This document shows positions 39,418 through 51,653 of a stretch of DNA of 64,000 nucleotides, piece by piece. Numbering within the stretch: the stretch's first letter is position 1; every line of letters begins with the position of its first letter. A model generated the notes under the pieces. The model ran no database searches. It was given only the letters and a program-made list of their open reading frames with translations, and was not told the DNA's origin. Made by a program: the position numbers and the translations under genes. The stretch is from an uncultured Gemmatimonadales bacterium. Its GTDB lineage: Bacteria; Gemmatimonadota; Gemmatimonadetes; Gemmatimonadales; GWC2-71-9. The stretch is taken from NCBI GenBank assembly GCA_963771275.1, contig CAVYSW010000010.1:780201-844200 (forward strand), written 5' to 3'.

Positions 39418-39998
39418 ACGGGCCTCGCGGCGTAGCGCCGCAGGTTACCGCGCGCCCGGTACGTGGCCGGTCCGATCTCGAACCCGGCGGCGCGGACGGT
39501 GGCTTCGGTGTCGCGATTGGGGTGGCAGCCGCCCGCGCACCAGGTCCAGAGCGGCTGCACGGTATCCTGCCACCGCCCGCCAAGCCGCGAGAGGGATCGC
39601 ACGTGCTCCAGCATCCGCAACGTCCCCGCCGGCGCCAGGACGCGGCGTACCTCGCGCAGCCCGAGCGCCGGATCGCCGACGCCGCAGAACACCAGTCCGC
39701 TCACGACCGTGTCGAACACGCCGTCCCGAAACGGCAGTGCCTCGGCCCGGCCAACCACCAGCGGCACGCCTGGGGCGCGGCGTCGCCCGCGGCGCAGCAG
39801 CGCGCGGTCGGGATCGAGCGCCACCGGGCGCGCCCCGTCACGATACAGCGGCAGGTTGCGTCCGGTCCCGGCGCCGATGTCGAGGGTGCGGCCACGCGCG
39901 CCGTCCACCAGCCAGACGCGCCACGCGAACAGCCCCGCACGCTCGACGATCGCCATGAACGAGTCGTACAGCCACGGGATGTGCTCGACGCCCCGCAC
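39414..39998 (-). CDS. Class I SAM-dependent methyltransferase
   Basis: LDIGAGTG, AEALPF, LEHVRS, GGCHPNRD. Confidence 0.88.
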   Translation of the reverse strand: MRGVEHIPWLYDSFMAIVERAGLFAWRVWLVDGARGRTLDIGAGTGRNLPLYRDGARPVALDPDRALLRRGRRRAPGVPLVVGRAEALPFRDGVFDTVVSGLVFCGVGDPALGLREVRRVLAPAGTLRMLEHVRSLSRLGGRWQDTVQPLWTWCAGGCHPNRDTEATVRAAGFEIGPATYRARGNLRRYAARPV

Positions 39999-42389
<2,391 letters not shown>

Positions 42390-42477
42390 CCTAGCGCACT
42401 CCCCCGTCTCCTTGTGTTTCCCGTCTGTAAGACACTTGTCGCACAAGAAGTTTCCGTGGAGGAGCCCCAAAGAAGCA

Positions 42478-42510
42478 ACCCCGCCCCGGGAGGTCCTCCG
42501 GGGCGGGGCT
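42478..42510 (-). terminator. GC-rich hairpin downstream of tRNA-Val
   Basis: CCCCGCCCCGG..CCGGGGCGGGG inverted repeat followed on the minus strand by TTGCTTCTTT. Confidence 0.7.
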
Positions 42511-42516
42511 GTTCAA

Positions 42517-42590
42517 TGGGCGGTACTGGATTCGAACCAGTGACCTCCGGTATGTGAGACCGGCGCTCTAACCAGCTGAGCTAACCACCC
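42517..42590 (-). tRNA. tRNA-Val(CAC)
   Basis: GGGTGGTTAGCTCAGCTGGTTAGAGC G CCGGT CT-CAC-AT ACCGG AGGTC ACTGGTTCGAATCCAGT ACCGCCC A; cloverleaf, no encoded CCA. Confidence 0.96.
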
Positions 42591-42690
42591 GGGGCTCGGT
42601 CACCAACGGAGCGGAATATCACGTCTGCGGGGGCTTTCCTCAACCCCAATGGGACCACGAGAATGGCGGTGCGCACGAGACGGTTCGCTG

Positions 42691-43425
42691 TCAGCCGGGA
42701 TTATATCCCGACGTCACCAGCGAGCCGACGGTAGCATGCCAGGGCTCCACCGCCTCCTCACGCGGGACGACGAGCCGCTTCTGTCGGACAGGGGCGAATC
42801 CGGCGCCCTCGAAAACCAGAGCCCACTGCGCGGCGCTGAGCAGCGCCATGCGAAGCCCGACGTACTGCGGCCAGCCGTGGCTCTCCGGGTTCTCCGCGTA
42901 GAAGTCCACCGCGGAGACGAAGAGGGCCCCCGGCTTCAGCAACCGCCGGATCTCCGCCAGCCCGGCAGGGATGTCGGGCAGATAGTACAAGGCCTCCATC
43001 GAGAAGATCACGTCGAAGCTCCCATACGGGAGGTGGTGGCTGGGGAACACCGCTTCGTGGAACTCAACGCCGGCGTAACCGCGCGAGAGCTCCCGTGCCC
43101 GCGCCACCATCTCAGGCGCGGCATCAAGCCCGACCGCGCGACCGCGAGGCAGCCGGGCAGCCGCCCACCGCACGGTGTACCCGTTGCCGCACCCGATGTC
43201 GAGGTACCACCCGTCGGGTGGCAGCTGAATGCCGTCCAGGATGCGGCGCACAACCGGCCCGTGGGCCCGTTCCATTCCGGCGGCGCGGCCGTCCAGTGCC
43301 CAGGTGCTGAACACCTCGGGCTTGGTCGCCGCGAACGCGCGCGGTTGGCGCCTGATGAGCCGCATCAGCCGACGCCACAGCGCCCGTGCTAGGCGGGCCG
43401 GAGCCGTCAGGAGGGCGTTGGTCAT
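42691..43425 (-). CDS. Class I SAM-dependent methyltransferase (start uncertain)
   Basis: LDIGCGNG, FDVIFSMEALYY, LLKPGA. Confidence 0.85.
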   Translation of the reverse strand: MTNALLTAPARLARALWRRLMRLIRRQPRAFAATKPEVFSTWALDGRAAGMERAHGPVVRRILDGIQLPPDGWYLDIGCGNGYTVRWAAARLPRGRAVGLDAAPEMVARARELSRGYAGVEFHEAVFPSHHLPYGSFDVIFSMEALYYLPDIPAGLAEIRRLLKPGALFVSAVDFYAENPESHGWPQYVGLRMALLSAAQWALVFEGAGFAPVRQKRLVVPREEAVEPWHATVGSLVTSGYNPG

Positions 43426-43506
43426 GATCATCGTCATCGTTGAAACATCGCGCGGCCGAGCTCCAGGGCTCGGCCCCTCGCCACCCACGTGAGCTGGGCA
43501 ATGCAG

Positions 43507-43580
43507 TGGGCCCTGAAGGATTTGAACCTTCGACCGACGGATTATGAGTCCGCTGCTCTAACCACCTGAGCTAAGGGCCC
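43507..43580 (-). tRNA. tRNA with CAT anticodon, most likely tRNA-Ile2 (lysidine)
   Basis: GGGCCCTTAGCTCAGGTGGTTAGAGCA GCGGA CT-CAT-AA TCCGT ... GGTTCAAATCC..GGGCCC A. It lacks the initiator C1 mismatch and the 3 GC anticodon pairs, and resembles E. coli ileX. Confidence 0.9.
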
Positions 43581-43887
43581 GGCACGCTTGAGGAATCATA
43601 TCGCGCCACCCGCACCGCACAAACCCCCTGCGGGCCGATCCGGTTGGCGCACCACGCCAGTTGAGGATCGCGCGGCCAGGTGCTTGCGGGCGTCCGGGAG
43701 GAACCACATCTTCGATCCGTAGTCCACCTCGCGACGGTGGTTGCTCCCCCCGCCGGCTGGGCAGCGCCCGACGACGACGCGAGTCTCCACCGCTCCGTTA
43801 CCGCGGCTCGGTATCGAGCCGCACCACTGGGTCGAACGCCAAAGCGCGAAGCGGCCCACGCTCGCGCGGCGGCGGGAAGGAGGAGCC

Positions 43888-44175
43888 GTGCGCCCCCTCA
43901 GAAACCACCTTGTTGCGTTGATCTTTCTGGTTGCTCCCTTGGGGTGCGCTAAGATCCCCAAACCGCCGCCTGGGGCGCCCGGCCAACTCGAGTCCGAGAA
44001 ACTCGCGATTGCCGACACGCTACCGCTGGCGTGGGGGAAGCTGGTCTCAGTGACTCCCGGTACCGTGGTTGATCGCCTCTGGTTCGAGAACGATGCGGGA
44101 GAAATCAGGATCGTGACCTACAATCACGATCAACGACGCTTTTGGTCAATGGCACCCGTGATTCGCAGAAAGTGA
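43888..44175 (+). CDS. Small lipoprotein, unknown function
   Basis: GGAGGAG RBS; hydrophobic stretch plus lipobox PLGC. Confidence 0.65.
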   Translation: MRPLRNHLVALIFLVAPLGCAKIPKPPPGAPGQLESEKLAIADTLPLAWGKLVSVTPGTVVDRLWFENDAGEIRIVTYNHDQRRFWSMAPVIRRK

Positions 44176-44186
44176 GGGGCGAACCG

Positions 44187-44414
44187 ATGAACCAGCTCAG
44201 CAGCCTGGGAAGTCGCGCACTGTTCGGCCTGGCGTTCGTGCTTGCTGGCCTCGCCGTCTGGCAGAAACTCGCGACCCTCTTTGGACTCACCCTCACCTTC
44301 CTGGGTGGCGTCGTTCCGTCGCGCTTGCTCGAGTGGGCCGCTGTCGTGCTGTTGTTCGTTATCGCGCTACAGCTGCGAGAAATCAAACACTCTGGAGGCA
44401 AGACGGGAGGCTGA
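44187..44414 (+). CDS. Small two-TM membrane protein
   Basis: 75 aa with two hydrophobic helices; GAGGGG RBS. Confidence 0.65.
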   Translation: MNQLSSLGSRALFGLAFVLAGLAVWQKLATLFGLTLTFLGGVVPSRLLEWAAVVLLFVIALQLREIKHSGGKTGG

Positions 44415-44619
44415 ACGGCGCCGAGGCCCGTGGGGCGCGGAACCGTTGGACCAGCGGGCTCCGCGCTCCTCAGACCTGCCGACCCAAGACCGCACCAGGC
44501 GGAACGTCCCGGCAACCAGGGGCGATGGCCGTCGTCCTGATCGCCAGCTCCTGGAAGGAAGCACGACGCAGGCGGGACAAGCGGGGATCGCGATCCGACT
44601 CTGCGGGGTAGCGGCTACC

Positions 44620-45747
44620 CTACCCCGCCAGCTCCTCGTACAACGCCAGGTGCGCGTGGATCATCCGCTCCAGCGTGAACCGCTCGAGCACCCGCTGGCG
44701 GCCGCACGCGCCCAGCTTGGCGCGCAGCGCGGCGTCCTCGGTCAGCCGCCGCATCGCCTTGCGCAGCTCGGTGGCGTCGCCCACCGGCACCTCGAGCCCC
44801 GTGACGTTCGCCACGTTCACCTCGTGCACGCCGGTGGGGAGCGCCGTGCTGATCGCGGGCCGCTCGCTCGCCATCGCCTCGAGCAGCGTGACGCCGAACA
44901 TCTCCTGTGACGTGACCGACGGCAGCACGAAGTACGCGGCCGCCCGGTAATAGATCGGGAGGTCGTCGTCCGACACCTCGCCGGCCAGGATGATCTGGCT
45001 CTTGAGGCCCAGCCGCTCGATCCGCTGCTCCAGCTCCGGCCGCACCGGGCCCCCGCCCACGATCACGACGTGGAGGTCGGTGCCCTTGACGGCGTCGAGC
45101 AGCACATGCAGGCCCTTGTAGCCCAGCAGCCGGCCGACGAACAGGCCGACGGGCGTCTGCCCGTCGCCGGGGAAGCAGGCGGGCCGCGCCACGTCGGGCT
45201 TGGGGGAGAAGCGCTGCACGTCCACCCCGAACGGGATCACCCGGATCTTGCCCTCGAACCCGTGCAGCTCCCTGGAGATCGCGATGTGCGCCCCGGTCGC
45301 CGCGACGATCGCCGACGCCCGCTTGAGCACGGCGCGGAGCAGCGGCAGGTACAGGGCTTTGGCGGCCACCTGGCGCCGGATGTCGCTGTGATGCGTCACG
45401 ACGAGCGGCTTGCGCGGCCCCGCGAGATAGGCCACGTCCGCCAGCGGGTGCGGGTGATGCAGGTGCACGACGTCGGCGGGGCCGCGGGCGGCCGCGAGAT
45501 AGCCGCGGGCGAGCGGCTGCGACCACACGATCCGCGTCGTCGGCAGCCGCACCACCACGACGCCGCCGTGCGGCGGCTCGGTGAAGCGCCGCCCCGGCCC
45601 CGGGCGCCGGGCCCAGCCCGACCCGGTGGCGGCGATGACGCGGACGTCGTGGCCCGCCCGCACCGCGCCTTCGGCGAGCTGCGCCACGACCTGCTCGAGA
45701 CCGCCGGGATCGGGCGGATAAAACCTGCTGAGATGGAGAATGCGCAC
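44620..45747 (-). CDS. GT4 glycosyltransferase
   Basis: FYPPDPGGLE, FVGRLLGYKG, EMFGVTLLEAMA. Confidence 0.92.
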   Translation of the reverse strand: MRILHLSRFYPPDPGGLEQVVAQLAEGAVRAGHDVRVIAATGSGWARRPGPGRRFTEPPHGGVVVVRLPTTRIVWSQPLARGYLAAARGPADVVHLHHPHPLADVAYLAGPRKPLVVTHHSDIRRQVAAKALYLPLLRAVLKRASAIVAATGAHIAISRELHGFEGKIRVIPFGVDVQRFSPKPDVARPACFPGDGQTPVGLFVGRLLGYKGLHVLLDAVKGTDLHVVIVGGGPVRPELEQRIERLGLKSQIILAGEVSDDDLPIYYRAAAYFVLPSVTSQEMFGVTLLEAMASERPAISTALPTGVHEVNVANVTGLEVPVGDATELRKAMRRLTEDAALRAKLGACGRQRVLERFTLERMIHAHLALYEELAG

Positions 45748-45895
45748 GCCCGCACCGCCCTTTCGACGTTGGACAACGCGTGAGGCTGGCGTCGAGCACC
45801 GGCACGCGAGGCACGGCACAAAGGAGCCGCGGCCCGCGCACGGCACAAAGACAGGGGCCGGGACGCGGGTTGTCAACCGGGGGGTGGTGTACCGG

Positions 45896-45931
45896 CGGGA
45901 ACGGGGAAACGGGAAACGGGAAACGGGAAGC
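45896..45931 (+). repeat. GGGAAAC heptamer array (intergenic); another copy at 47320-47345
   Basis: CGGGAAC GGGGAAAC GGGAAAC GGGAAAC GGGAAGC. Confidence 0.8.
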
Positions 45932-46126
45932 GTGAGGGGGACCGCCCCCCCCTCATGGATTGCGGGACGCCGTCCCGAGTGCGACGTTGAGCCCCGTCCT
46001 GACACGCCCGGCGGCCCTGGGCCGGGCCCACACCATGACTCTTGCGCCGTCGCACGTTTCCTTCCCAGACCAGACCGCCTGCTTAACCGGCCGCGCCAGC
46101 CCACCGCGCGCGCCGGGGAGCGTCGC

Positions 46127-47293
46127 GTGACCCGCGTCCTGCTCATTCCCGATCTCCAGGGCGAGCGGTGGCTCTCGATGGACCGCTACGCCACGCGGCT
46201 CGCCGCCCACCTGCCCCACGCGGCGCCCGACCTGACGTTCGCGCTGGCGAGCCCGGTGAGCCATCTCACGTTCGACGAGCGGCCGCTGCCGCTCCGGCCG
46301 TACGGCGACCGCGAGGGCACCGAGCCGTCGCTCGCGGTCGAGTGGTCGCGTTACGTGCAGCGCTACCTGCGCTACCCGGCGCAGGTGCGGCTCCAGCCGG
46401 CCGACGTGTTCCACGTGCTCGATCACACCTACGCGCACCTGGTTCGGGTGGCCGGGGGAACCCCGACCGTCGTAACGGTACACGACCTGCTCCCGGTGCT
46501 CACGGTGAAGCGTCGCGCCCGGCGACTGCGGGAGCGCGCGCGCAACGTGCTGCTGCGCCACGCGCTCGGCGGGCTCAGGCGGGCCCGCGCCTGGATCGTG
46601 GGCACGGAGTGGCTGCGCGGAGAGCTGGCCGCCTGGCTCGGCCGGGAGGCCGGGATCCACGTGGTGCCGTACGGCGTGGACGACGCGTTCTTCGACCCCC
46701 CGCCCAAGGACGAGGCGCGCGCGGCGGTCCGCGAGGGGCTCGGCATTCCCACCGACGCCTTCGTGGTGCTCCACGTGGGCAGCGTGGTGGAGCGGAAGAA
46801 CATCCCGGCCGTGATCGCCGCGGTGCATGGGCTCCGGCAACGCGGCGTTCCCGCCTGGCTGCTGCAGGTGGGCGGGCCGTTCACCGAGCAGCAGATCGCG
46901 GCGCTCGCCGACCGCGGCATCCGGGACGCGGTGGTCCAGGTGCCCGAGGCGCCGGAGCGCCAGCTGCGCGCGGCGTACCACGCGGCGGACGTGCTGCTGT
47001 TCCCGTCGCACTACGAGGGCTTCGGCCTGCCGTTGCTCGAAGCGATGGCATCGGGGCTCCCGGTGGTCACGTCGGGCGCCGGGGCGCTGGCCGAGGTCGC
47101 GGGCGACGGCGCGATCGTGGTGCCGAGCCGCGACCCCGAGCGCTACGTGGACGCCGTGATCGCGCTGGCGGAAGACGCGCAACAGGCCGACGATCTCCGG
47201 GCCCGCGGCCGCAGGCGGGCGAGCGGGTTCCGCTGGACCGAGACGGCGCGCCGCACCGCGGAGGTGTATCGGTTGCTGATCAGTGAAAAGTGA
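46127..47293 (+). CDS. GT4 glycosyltransferase
   Basis: VTVHDL, HVGSVVERKN, YEGFGLPLLEAMASG. Confidence 0.92.
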   Translation: MTRVLLIPDLQGERWLSMDRYATRLAAHLPHAAPDLTFALASPVSHLTFDERPLPLRPYGDREGTEPSLAVEWSRYVQRYLRYPAQVRLQPADVFHVLDHTYAHLVRVAGGTPTVVTVHDLLPVLTVKRRARRLRERARNVLLRHALGGLRRARAWIVGTEWLRGELAAWLGREAGIHVVPYGVDDAFFDPPPKDEARAAVREGLGIPTDAFVVLHVGSVVERKNIPAVIAAVHGLRQRGVPAWLLQVGGPFTEQQIAALADRGIRDAVVQVPEAPERQLRAAYHAADVLLFPSHYEGFGLPLLEAMASGLPVVTSGAGALAEVAGDGAIVVPSRDPERYVDAVIALAEDAQQADDLRARGRRRASGFRWTETARRTAEVYRLLISEK

Positions 47294-47313
47294 GAAGTGA
47301 AAAGTGAAAAGGG
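47282..47313 (+). repeat. GTGAAAA heptamer array
   Basis: AGTGAAAAGTGAGAAGTGAAAAGTGAAAAGGG, identical to 49834-49865. Confidence 0.9.
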
Positions 47314-47357
47314 GTGTCGCGGGAAACGGGAACCGGGAAACGAAGGCGAGTGACCTG

Positions 47358-48554
47358 GTGACACACGGCCATAGCGACGCCGCCCTGCGCGTCACCGCGC
47401 TCGCCGTCTCCGCCCAGCTCGGCGGGACGGAGCGCGTGCTGCTCGATTTCGCGGCGCGCGCCTTCGAGTTCGACATCCTGCTGCGCGTGATCGCGCCGCG
47501 GCACGGGCCGCTGATCCGCATCCTCGGCGAGTTGGGCATCCCGGCGGAGGTCGTGCCGGGCCCGGCGACGATGGTGCACGAGTCGCGCGGCGGGCGCCGG
47601 CTCGCGGTGGCGTCGCTCGCGCTCCCGGGTCTCCGGGCCTGGAGCCGGCGGATCCAGCGCCACCCGGTGGTGCGCGACGCCGACGTCGTCTACTCGGTCG
47701 CCTTCACGGCCCACCTCGCCACCCTCGGCGGGGCCGGGCCCGTCGTCTGGCACCTGCACGAGTTCCCCCCACCGCTCACCGCGCCGCTGTGGCACGCCCT
47801 GGCGCGACGGCCGGCGGCGCTGATCGCCAACTCCCACGCCGTCGCGCGGGCCTGGGGCCGGCACGCGCCCGCGGGACGGATCACCACCGTGCCGAACGGC
47901 GTGGACCTCGACCGGTTCCAGCCGCGCGCGCGTACGGGCTGGATTCACCAGCGGCTGGGCATCCCGCGTGACGCGCGGCTGATCGGCATGCCGGCGGTGC
48001 TGGCGCCCTGGAAAGGCCAGCTTGCGGTCTTGGACGCGTTCGCCGCGATCGCGGACCAGTTCCCGGCGGTCCACCTCGTCTTCCTGGGGGGCGTGGTGTA
48101 CGACACGGCCGCCGAGCGGGCGTTCGAGCACGACCTGCTGCGGGCGATCACCGCGCGGCGCTCGGGCGGCCCGGCGCACATCCATCGGCTGCCGTTCCAG
48201 CCCAAGGTGGAGCTGGTCTATCCCGAGCTGGACGCCGTGGTGCACTACTCCACGCGGCCCGAGCCGTTCGGCCGCGTCGTGCTGGAAGGCATGGCCTGCG
48301 AGATCCCCGTGCTGGCGGCGGCCGAGGGCGGCCCATGCGAGATCCTGACGGAGGGTGGCTGGCTGGTCGAGCCGCGCAACCCGCGAGCCCTGGCCGGTGC
48401 CCTCGCGGCCACGCTCAGGCTCGCGCCCGAGGCGCTCAAAGAGGTCGGTCAGCGCGGCCGGCGCCGGGCGGAGGACTGCTACTCGGCGCGGCGGTTCGCG
48501 CGGGAGGTGGGGGCAGTGCTGTGGGGGGTGAAGCGAGTGAAACGTGAAAAGTGA
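47358..48554 (+). CDS. GT4 glycosyltransferase
   Basis: GGTER, WHLHE, VPNGVD, WKGQ, EPFGRVVLEGMA. Confidence 0.9.
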   Translation: MTHGHSDAALRVTALAVSAQLGGTERVLLDFAARAFEFDILLRVIAPRHGPLIRILGELGIPAEVVPGPATMVHESRGGRRLAVASLALPGLRAWSRRIQRHPVVRDADVVYSVAFTAHLATLGGAGPVVWHLHEFPPPLTAPLWHALARRPAALIANSHAVARAWGRHAPAGRITTVPNGVDLDRFQPRARTGWIHQRLGIPRDARLIGMPAVLAPWKGQLAVLDAFAAIADQFPAVHLVFLGGVVYDTAAERAFEHDLLRAITARRSGGPAHIHRLPFQPKVELVYPELDAVVHYSTRPEPFGRVVLEGMACEIPVLAAAEGGPCEILTEGGWLVEPRNPRALAGALAATLRLAPEALKEVGQRGRRRAEDCYSARRFAREVGAVLWGVKRVKREK

Positions 48555-48601
48555 AGAGTGAACAGAGGCGCGTTGCTCTTTTCACTTTTCACTCTTTCAC
48601 C
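48528..48601. repeat. Inverted GTGAAAA / TTTTCAC arrays between convergent genes
   Basis: GTGAAAC GTGAAAA GTGAAGA GTGAACA ... CTTTTCA CTTTTCA CTCTTTCAC. Confidence 0.85.
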
Positions 48602-49074
48602 TCGCACCGCCACACCCCGCTCTCCGCCGCGTAGCCCTCGCGCGGCAGAATCTGCTCGGCCGCGAGCACGATCCCCCAGAAGCCGGCCACCAGGGCCAGC
48701 ACGTGCGCCGCGGGACTGCGCAGCCGCCAGGCGGCCATCGCCGCCCAGCCGGCGGTGAGCAGCACGACGAACACGGCGCCGAGGTAGCTGTAGAGCGGCC
48801 ACCCGCAGTCGGCCCGGTACGGCCACTGGGTGAGCGCGGCACCGAGTCCCGCGGCACCGACGGCGCGCGCCCACACGCCGGCGCGCTCGAGCGGCGTCGG
48901 CCCCGGGCGGCGGGGGGGCGGAACGGCCGGCCGGGGCCCTGAGGAGGTCCCCGGGGGACGGGCAGGCGGCTCGTCGGGATCACCCCGAAGGGTCGGATCG
49001 GCCCCCGGCAGCTTCCTCAGCAGCCGTTCGACCTCACGGGCCATCGAATCGCGCTTGTCAGGGGGCTTGGGCAC
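48589..49074 (-). CDS. Hypothetical membrane protein
   Basis: Pro-rich N-terminus then about 3 TM helices (WPY..CG motif). Confidence 0.7.
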   Translation of the reverse strand: MPKPPDKRDSMAREVERLLRKLPGADPTLRGDPDEPPARPPGTSSGPRPAVPPPRRPGPTPLERAGVWARAVGAAGLGAALTQWPYRADCGWPLYSYLGAVFVVLLTAGWAAMAAWRLRSPAAHVLALVAGFWGIVLAAEQILPREGYAAESGVWRCEVKE

Positions 49075-49273
49075 GGAGGGACCATACAAGGGGGGAGGAT
49101 CGGGCGTCCACCACATAGATCACAGCCCCACAACCGCTTTCCCTGGGGCCATCCCCCCCCCGGGCGTCACCAGGCCGCTCACCGCGTTCTTTCGATGACG
49201 ACGATCCCCCGGTCACTCCGCACGTTCCCGCATGTGCCGACTCTTGCCAACTCGGCCGAGGAGCACCCATCGT

Positions 49274-49828
49274 ATGGCCATGCCCGATACCGCACGGCGC
49301 TACACCGTCGAGGAGGTGCTCGCGTTCCCCAGCGATGGGAACCGCTACGAGCTGGTGGATGGGGAGCTGCTGGTGACGCCGGCGCCCCGGAGCCGGCATC
49401 AGCTCATCGTGGGCGAGCTGTACGGCCGCTTGTATCAGTATCTGGAGCCGCGCCGTCGTGAGGCGCGGGTTGTGCTGTCTCCGGCCGACATCCGGTGGCC
49501 GGGCGAGGTGCTGGTCCAGCCCGACGTGTTCGTGGTACCGGCGGCGGAGCTCACCGCGCAGGACTGGTCGAGTGTCCGCACGCTGCTGCTGGCGGTGGAG
49601 GTCGTTTCACCCAGCTCGTCACGCCATGACCGGGTCACGAAGCGGCAGGTGTACCAGCGGCAGCGGGTCGCCACCTACTGGGTGGTGGACCCCGACGCCC
49701 GGGTGGTGGAGGTCTGGCACCCGGACGACCAGCGCCCGGAGATCGTCACCGGCGTGCTCACGTGGCGACTGCCGGGAGCGGCTGAAGAGCTCAGGATCGA
49801 GCTCGAAGCGGTGTTCGCGGGGGTGTGA
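49274..49828 (+). CDS. Uma2 family PD-(D/E)xK endonuclease-like protein
   Basis: RYELVDGELLVTPAP..HQ, QPDVFV, LAVEVVSPSS..D...K...Y, YWVVDP. Confidence 0.92.
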   Translation: MAMPDTARRYTVEEVLAFPSDGNRYELVDGELLVTPAPRSRHQLIVGELYGRLYQYLEPRRREARVVLSPADIRWPGEVLVQPDVFVVPAAELTAQDWSSVRTLLLAVEVVSPSSSRHDRVTKRQVYQRQRVATYWVVDPDARVVEVWHPDDQRPEIVTGVLTWRLPGAAEELRIELEAVFAGV

Positions 49829-49833
49829 TCAGG

Positions 49834-49973
49834 AGTGAAAAGTGAGAAGTGAAAAGTGAAAAGGGAGAACCGGGCTGGCGTTGACGCAGGCCGCGCAGCA
49901 CGGGGTGCGAATCAGAAGCAGTCTGTCTTTTCACTTTTCACTTATCACTTTTCACTCTTTTTCACTTTTCACT
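49834..49973. repeat. Inverted GTGAAAA / TTTTCAC arrays between Uma2 and hflX
   Basis: 4 units at 49834-49863 and 6 reverse units at about 49927-49973, with a spacer of about 60 nt. Confidence 0.9.
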
Positions 49974-51154
49974 GATGCCTCCTGAAGCGCCGCCACCAGC
50001 TCCCCCACCTCCCCCTTCACCGCACTGACACATGCCGCCGGCGCGAACGTCTCGCGCACCCGCTGGCGGAAGCCGTCGGGATCGCTCAAGCGGTCCATCT
50101 TGTTGAACACGTGGACCACGCGCGCGCCATTCAGATCGAGGTCGGCGAGCACCGTGTCCACCACGGCGACCTGCTCCTCCCACTGCGGGTGCGACGCATC
50201 GACCACGTGGAGCAGGAGGTCGGCCTCAGCCACTTCCTCGAGCGTGGCCCGGAAGCTCGCCACCAGGTGGTGCGGCAGCTTGCGGATGAAGCCCACCGTA
50301 TCGACCAGCCGGATCCGCTGCCCGTTCTCGAACCGCGTCTCGCGGGTGAGCGTGTCGAGCGTGGCGAACAGCCGGTCCTCGACGAACGTCTCGGCCCCGG
50401 TCAGCGCGCGGAGCAGGCTCGACTTCCCGGCGTTGGTGTAGCCCACCAGCGCCGCGGTCGGCACGGCGCGGCGCGCCCTGCCCTGCCGCAGCAGCGTGCG
50501 GTGGCGCTCCCAGTCGGCCAGCTTCTCCTTCAGGCGGCTGATCTTCTGCCGGATCATCCGGCGGTCGGTCTCGATCTGCGTCTCGCCCGGTCCCCGGAGC
50601 CCGATGCCGCCGCGGATGCGGGACAGGTGGACCCACATGCGGGCGAGGCGCGGCAGCAGGTACTCGAGCTGCGCCAGCTCCACCTGCATCCGGGCCTCGT
50701 TGCTCCGGGCCCGCGTGGCGAAGATGTCGAGGATCAGCTCGGCCCGGTCCATCACGCGGAGGTCCAAGGCCTTCTCCAGGTTCTTCCCCTGGACGGGCGC
50801 CAGCTCCTCGTCGAACAGCAGCAGCGTGGCGCCGGCCGCTTCGGCGGCGAGGCGCACCTCCTCGACTTTCCCCTTGCCGAGGTAGAGCGCGGGTGTCGGC
50901 TTCTGGATGCGCTGCGTCATGCGGCCCACGACGGTGGCGCCGGCGGTATCGGCGAGCCGCGCAAGCTCGTCGAGATGATCCTCGCTGTGGGTGGCATCGC
51001 GGGTGCCGCGGCGCGGCGCGCCCACCAGAAAGGCGCGCTCGATGGGATCGCGGATTTCGTGCAGTTTGGTGGGGATGTGCGCGGTCCTCGCTTTCTCGGT
51101 CAGCGGATGGCGGCTAGGCGGTTGCCCGAGCCTTGGATATTGAGAATTGGACAT
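49952..51154 (-). CDS. hflX: GTPase HflX (start may be downstream of the ORF-track start)
   Basis: LILDIFATRA, QVELAQLEYLLPRL, RGPGETQIETDRR, GYTNAGKS, LFATLD, DTVGFI. Confidence 0.96.
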   Translation of the reverse strand: MSNSQYPRLGQPPSRHPLTEKARTAHIPTKLHEIRDPIERAFLVGAPRRGTRDATHSEDHLDELARLADTAGATVVGRMTQRIQKPTPALYLGKGKVEEVRLAAEAAGATLLLFDEELAPVQGKNLEKALDLRVMDRAELILDIFATRARSNEARMQVELAQLEYLLPRLARMWVHLSRIRGGIGLRGPGETQIETDRRMIRQKISRLKEKLADWERHRTLLRQGRARRAVPTAALVGYTNAGKSSLLRALTGAETFVEDRLFATLDTLTRETRFENGQRIRLVDTVGFIRKLPHHLVASFRATLEEVAEADLLLHVVDASHPQWEEQVAVVDTVLADLDLNGARVVHVFNKMDRLSDPDGFRQRVRETFAPAACVSAVKGEVGELVAALQEASVKSEKE

Positions 51155-51194
51155 TGATCATTGGTCATTGAATTGATCATTGGTCATTGATCAG
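51132..51194. repeat. Single-arm NNCATTG heptamer array (same family as 33.8 and 37.2 kb)
   Basis: CTTGGATATTG AGAATTG GACATTG ATCATTG GTCATTG ... directly after the protease stop. Confidence 0.85.
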
Positions 51195-51547
51195 ACCAGC
51201 AGCGCCCGCATGGGGTGGAGGGTGCGGCGGAAGGGATCGAACACCAGGCCCAGGATCTCCAACGTGACGACGCCCAGGAGCGCCTCGGCGTCGCCGGGCT
51301 CGCCCAGGACGACGGGCGTGTGGCACTCCCCCTCAGCAAGCGAGAGGTGGCATTCGGACACCGTCCGGCGGATGGTGGTGCCGTCCGCCAGCGCGAATCC
51401 CATGTCACGCTTGGCGGTGAGACCGATCGCGGTCCACACGGCGTGCGGGAGGAGCGAGTAGACCGCTCCGCTGTCGATCAGAAAGCGGACCTCCGCGGTG
51501 ATGCCGGTGGGACCACGGACGGTCCCTTGGATGTAGCTCAAGCCCAT
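51191..51547 (-). CDS. Clan AA (retropepsin-like) aspartyl protease
   Basis: FLIDSGA, LADG, ALLGVVTLE motifs; 118 aa. Confidence 0.88.
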   Translation of the reverse strand: MGLSYIQGTVRGPTGITAEVRFLIDSGAVYSLLPHAVWTAIGLTAKRDMGFALADGTTIRRTVSECHLSLAEGECHTPVVLGEPGDAEALLGVVTLEILGLVFDPFRRTLHPMRALLV

Positions 51548-51653
51548 GCTCCCGAAGCTGAATGCTCTCGGCCAGCCTGCGTCACCGTAAGATCGCGGGG
51601 GCGGGCGGAATCACGCCAGGTGCCTGAGAGATGGTGCGTGGTTCCAGCGGCCC

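Noticed and set aside
42424..42452. Palindrome CTTGT-CGC-ACAAG near tRNA-Val as an att or regulator site
   Set aside because: Only a 5-bp arm, with no integrase or duplicated tRNA end to support it.
43507..43580. Initiator tRNA-fMet
   Set aside because: G1-C72 is paired and there is no GGG/CCC anticodon stem; the sequence fits Ile2 better.
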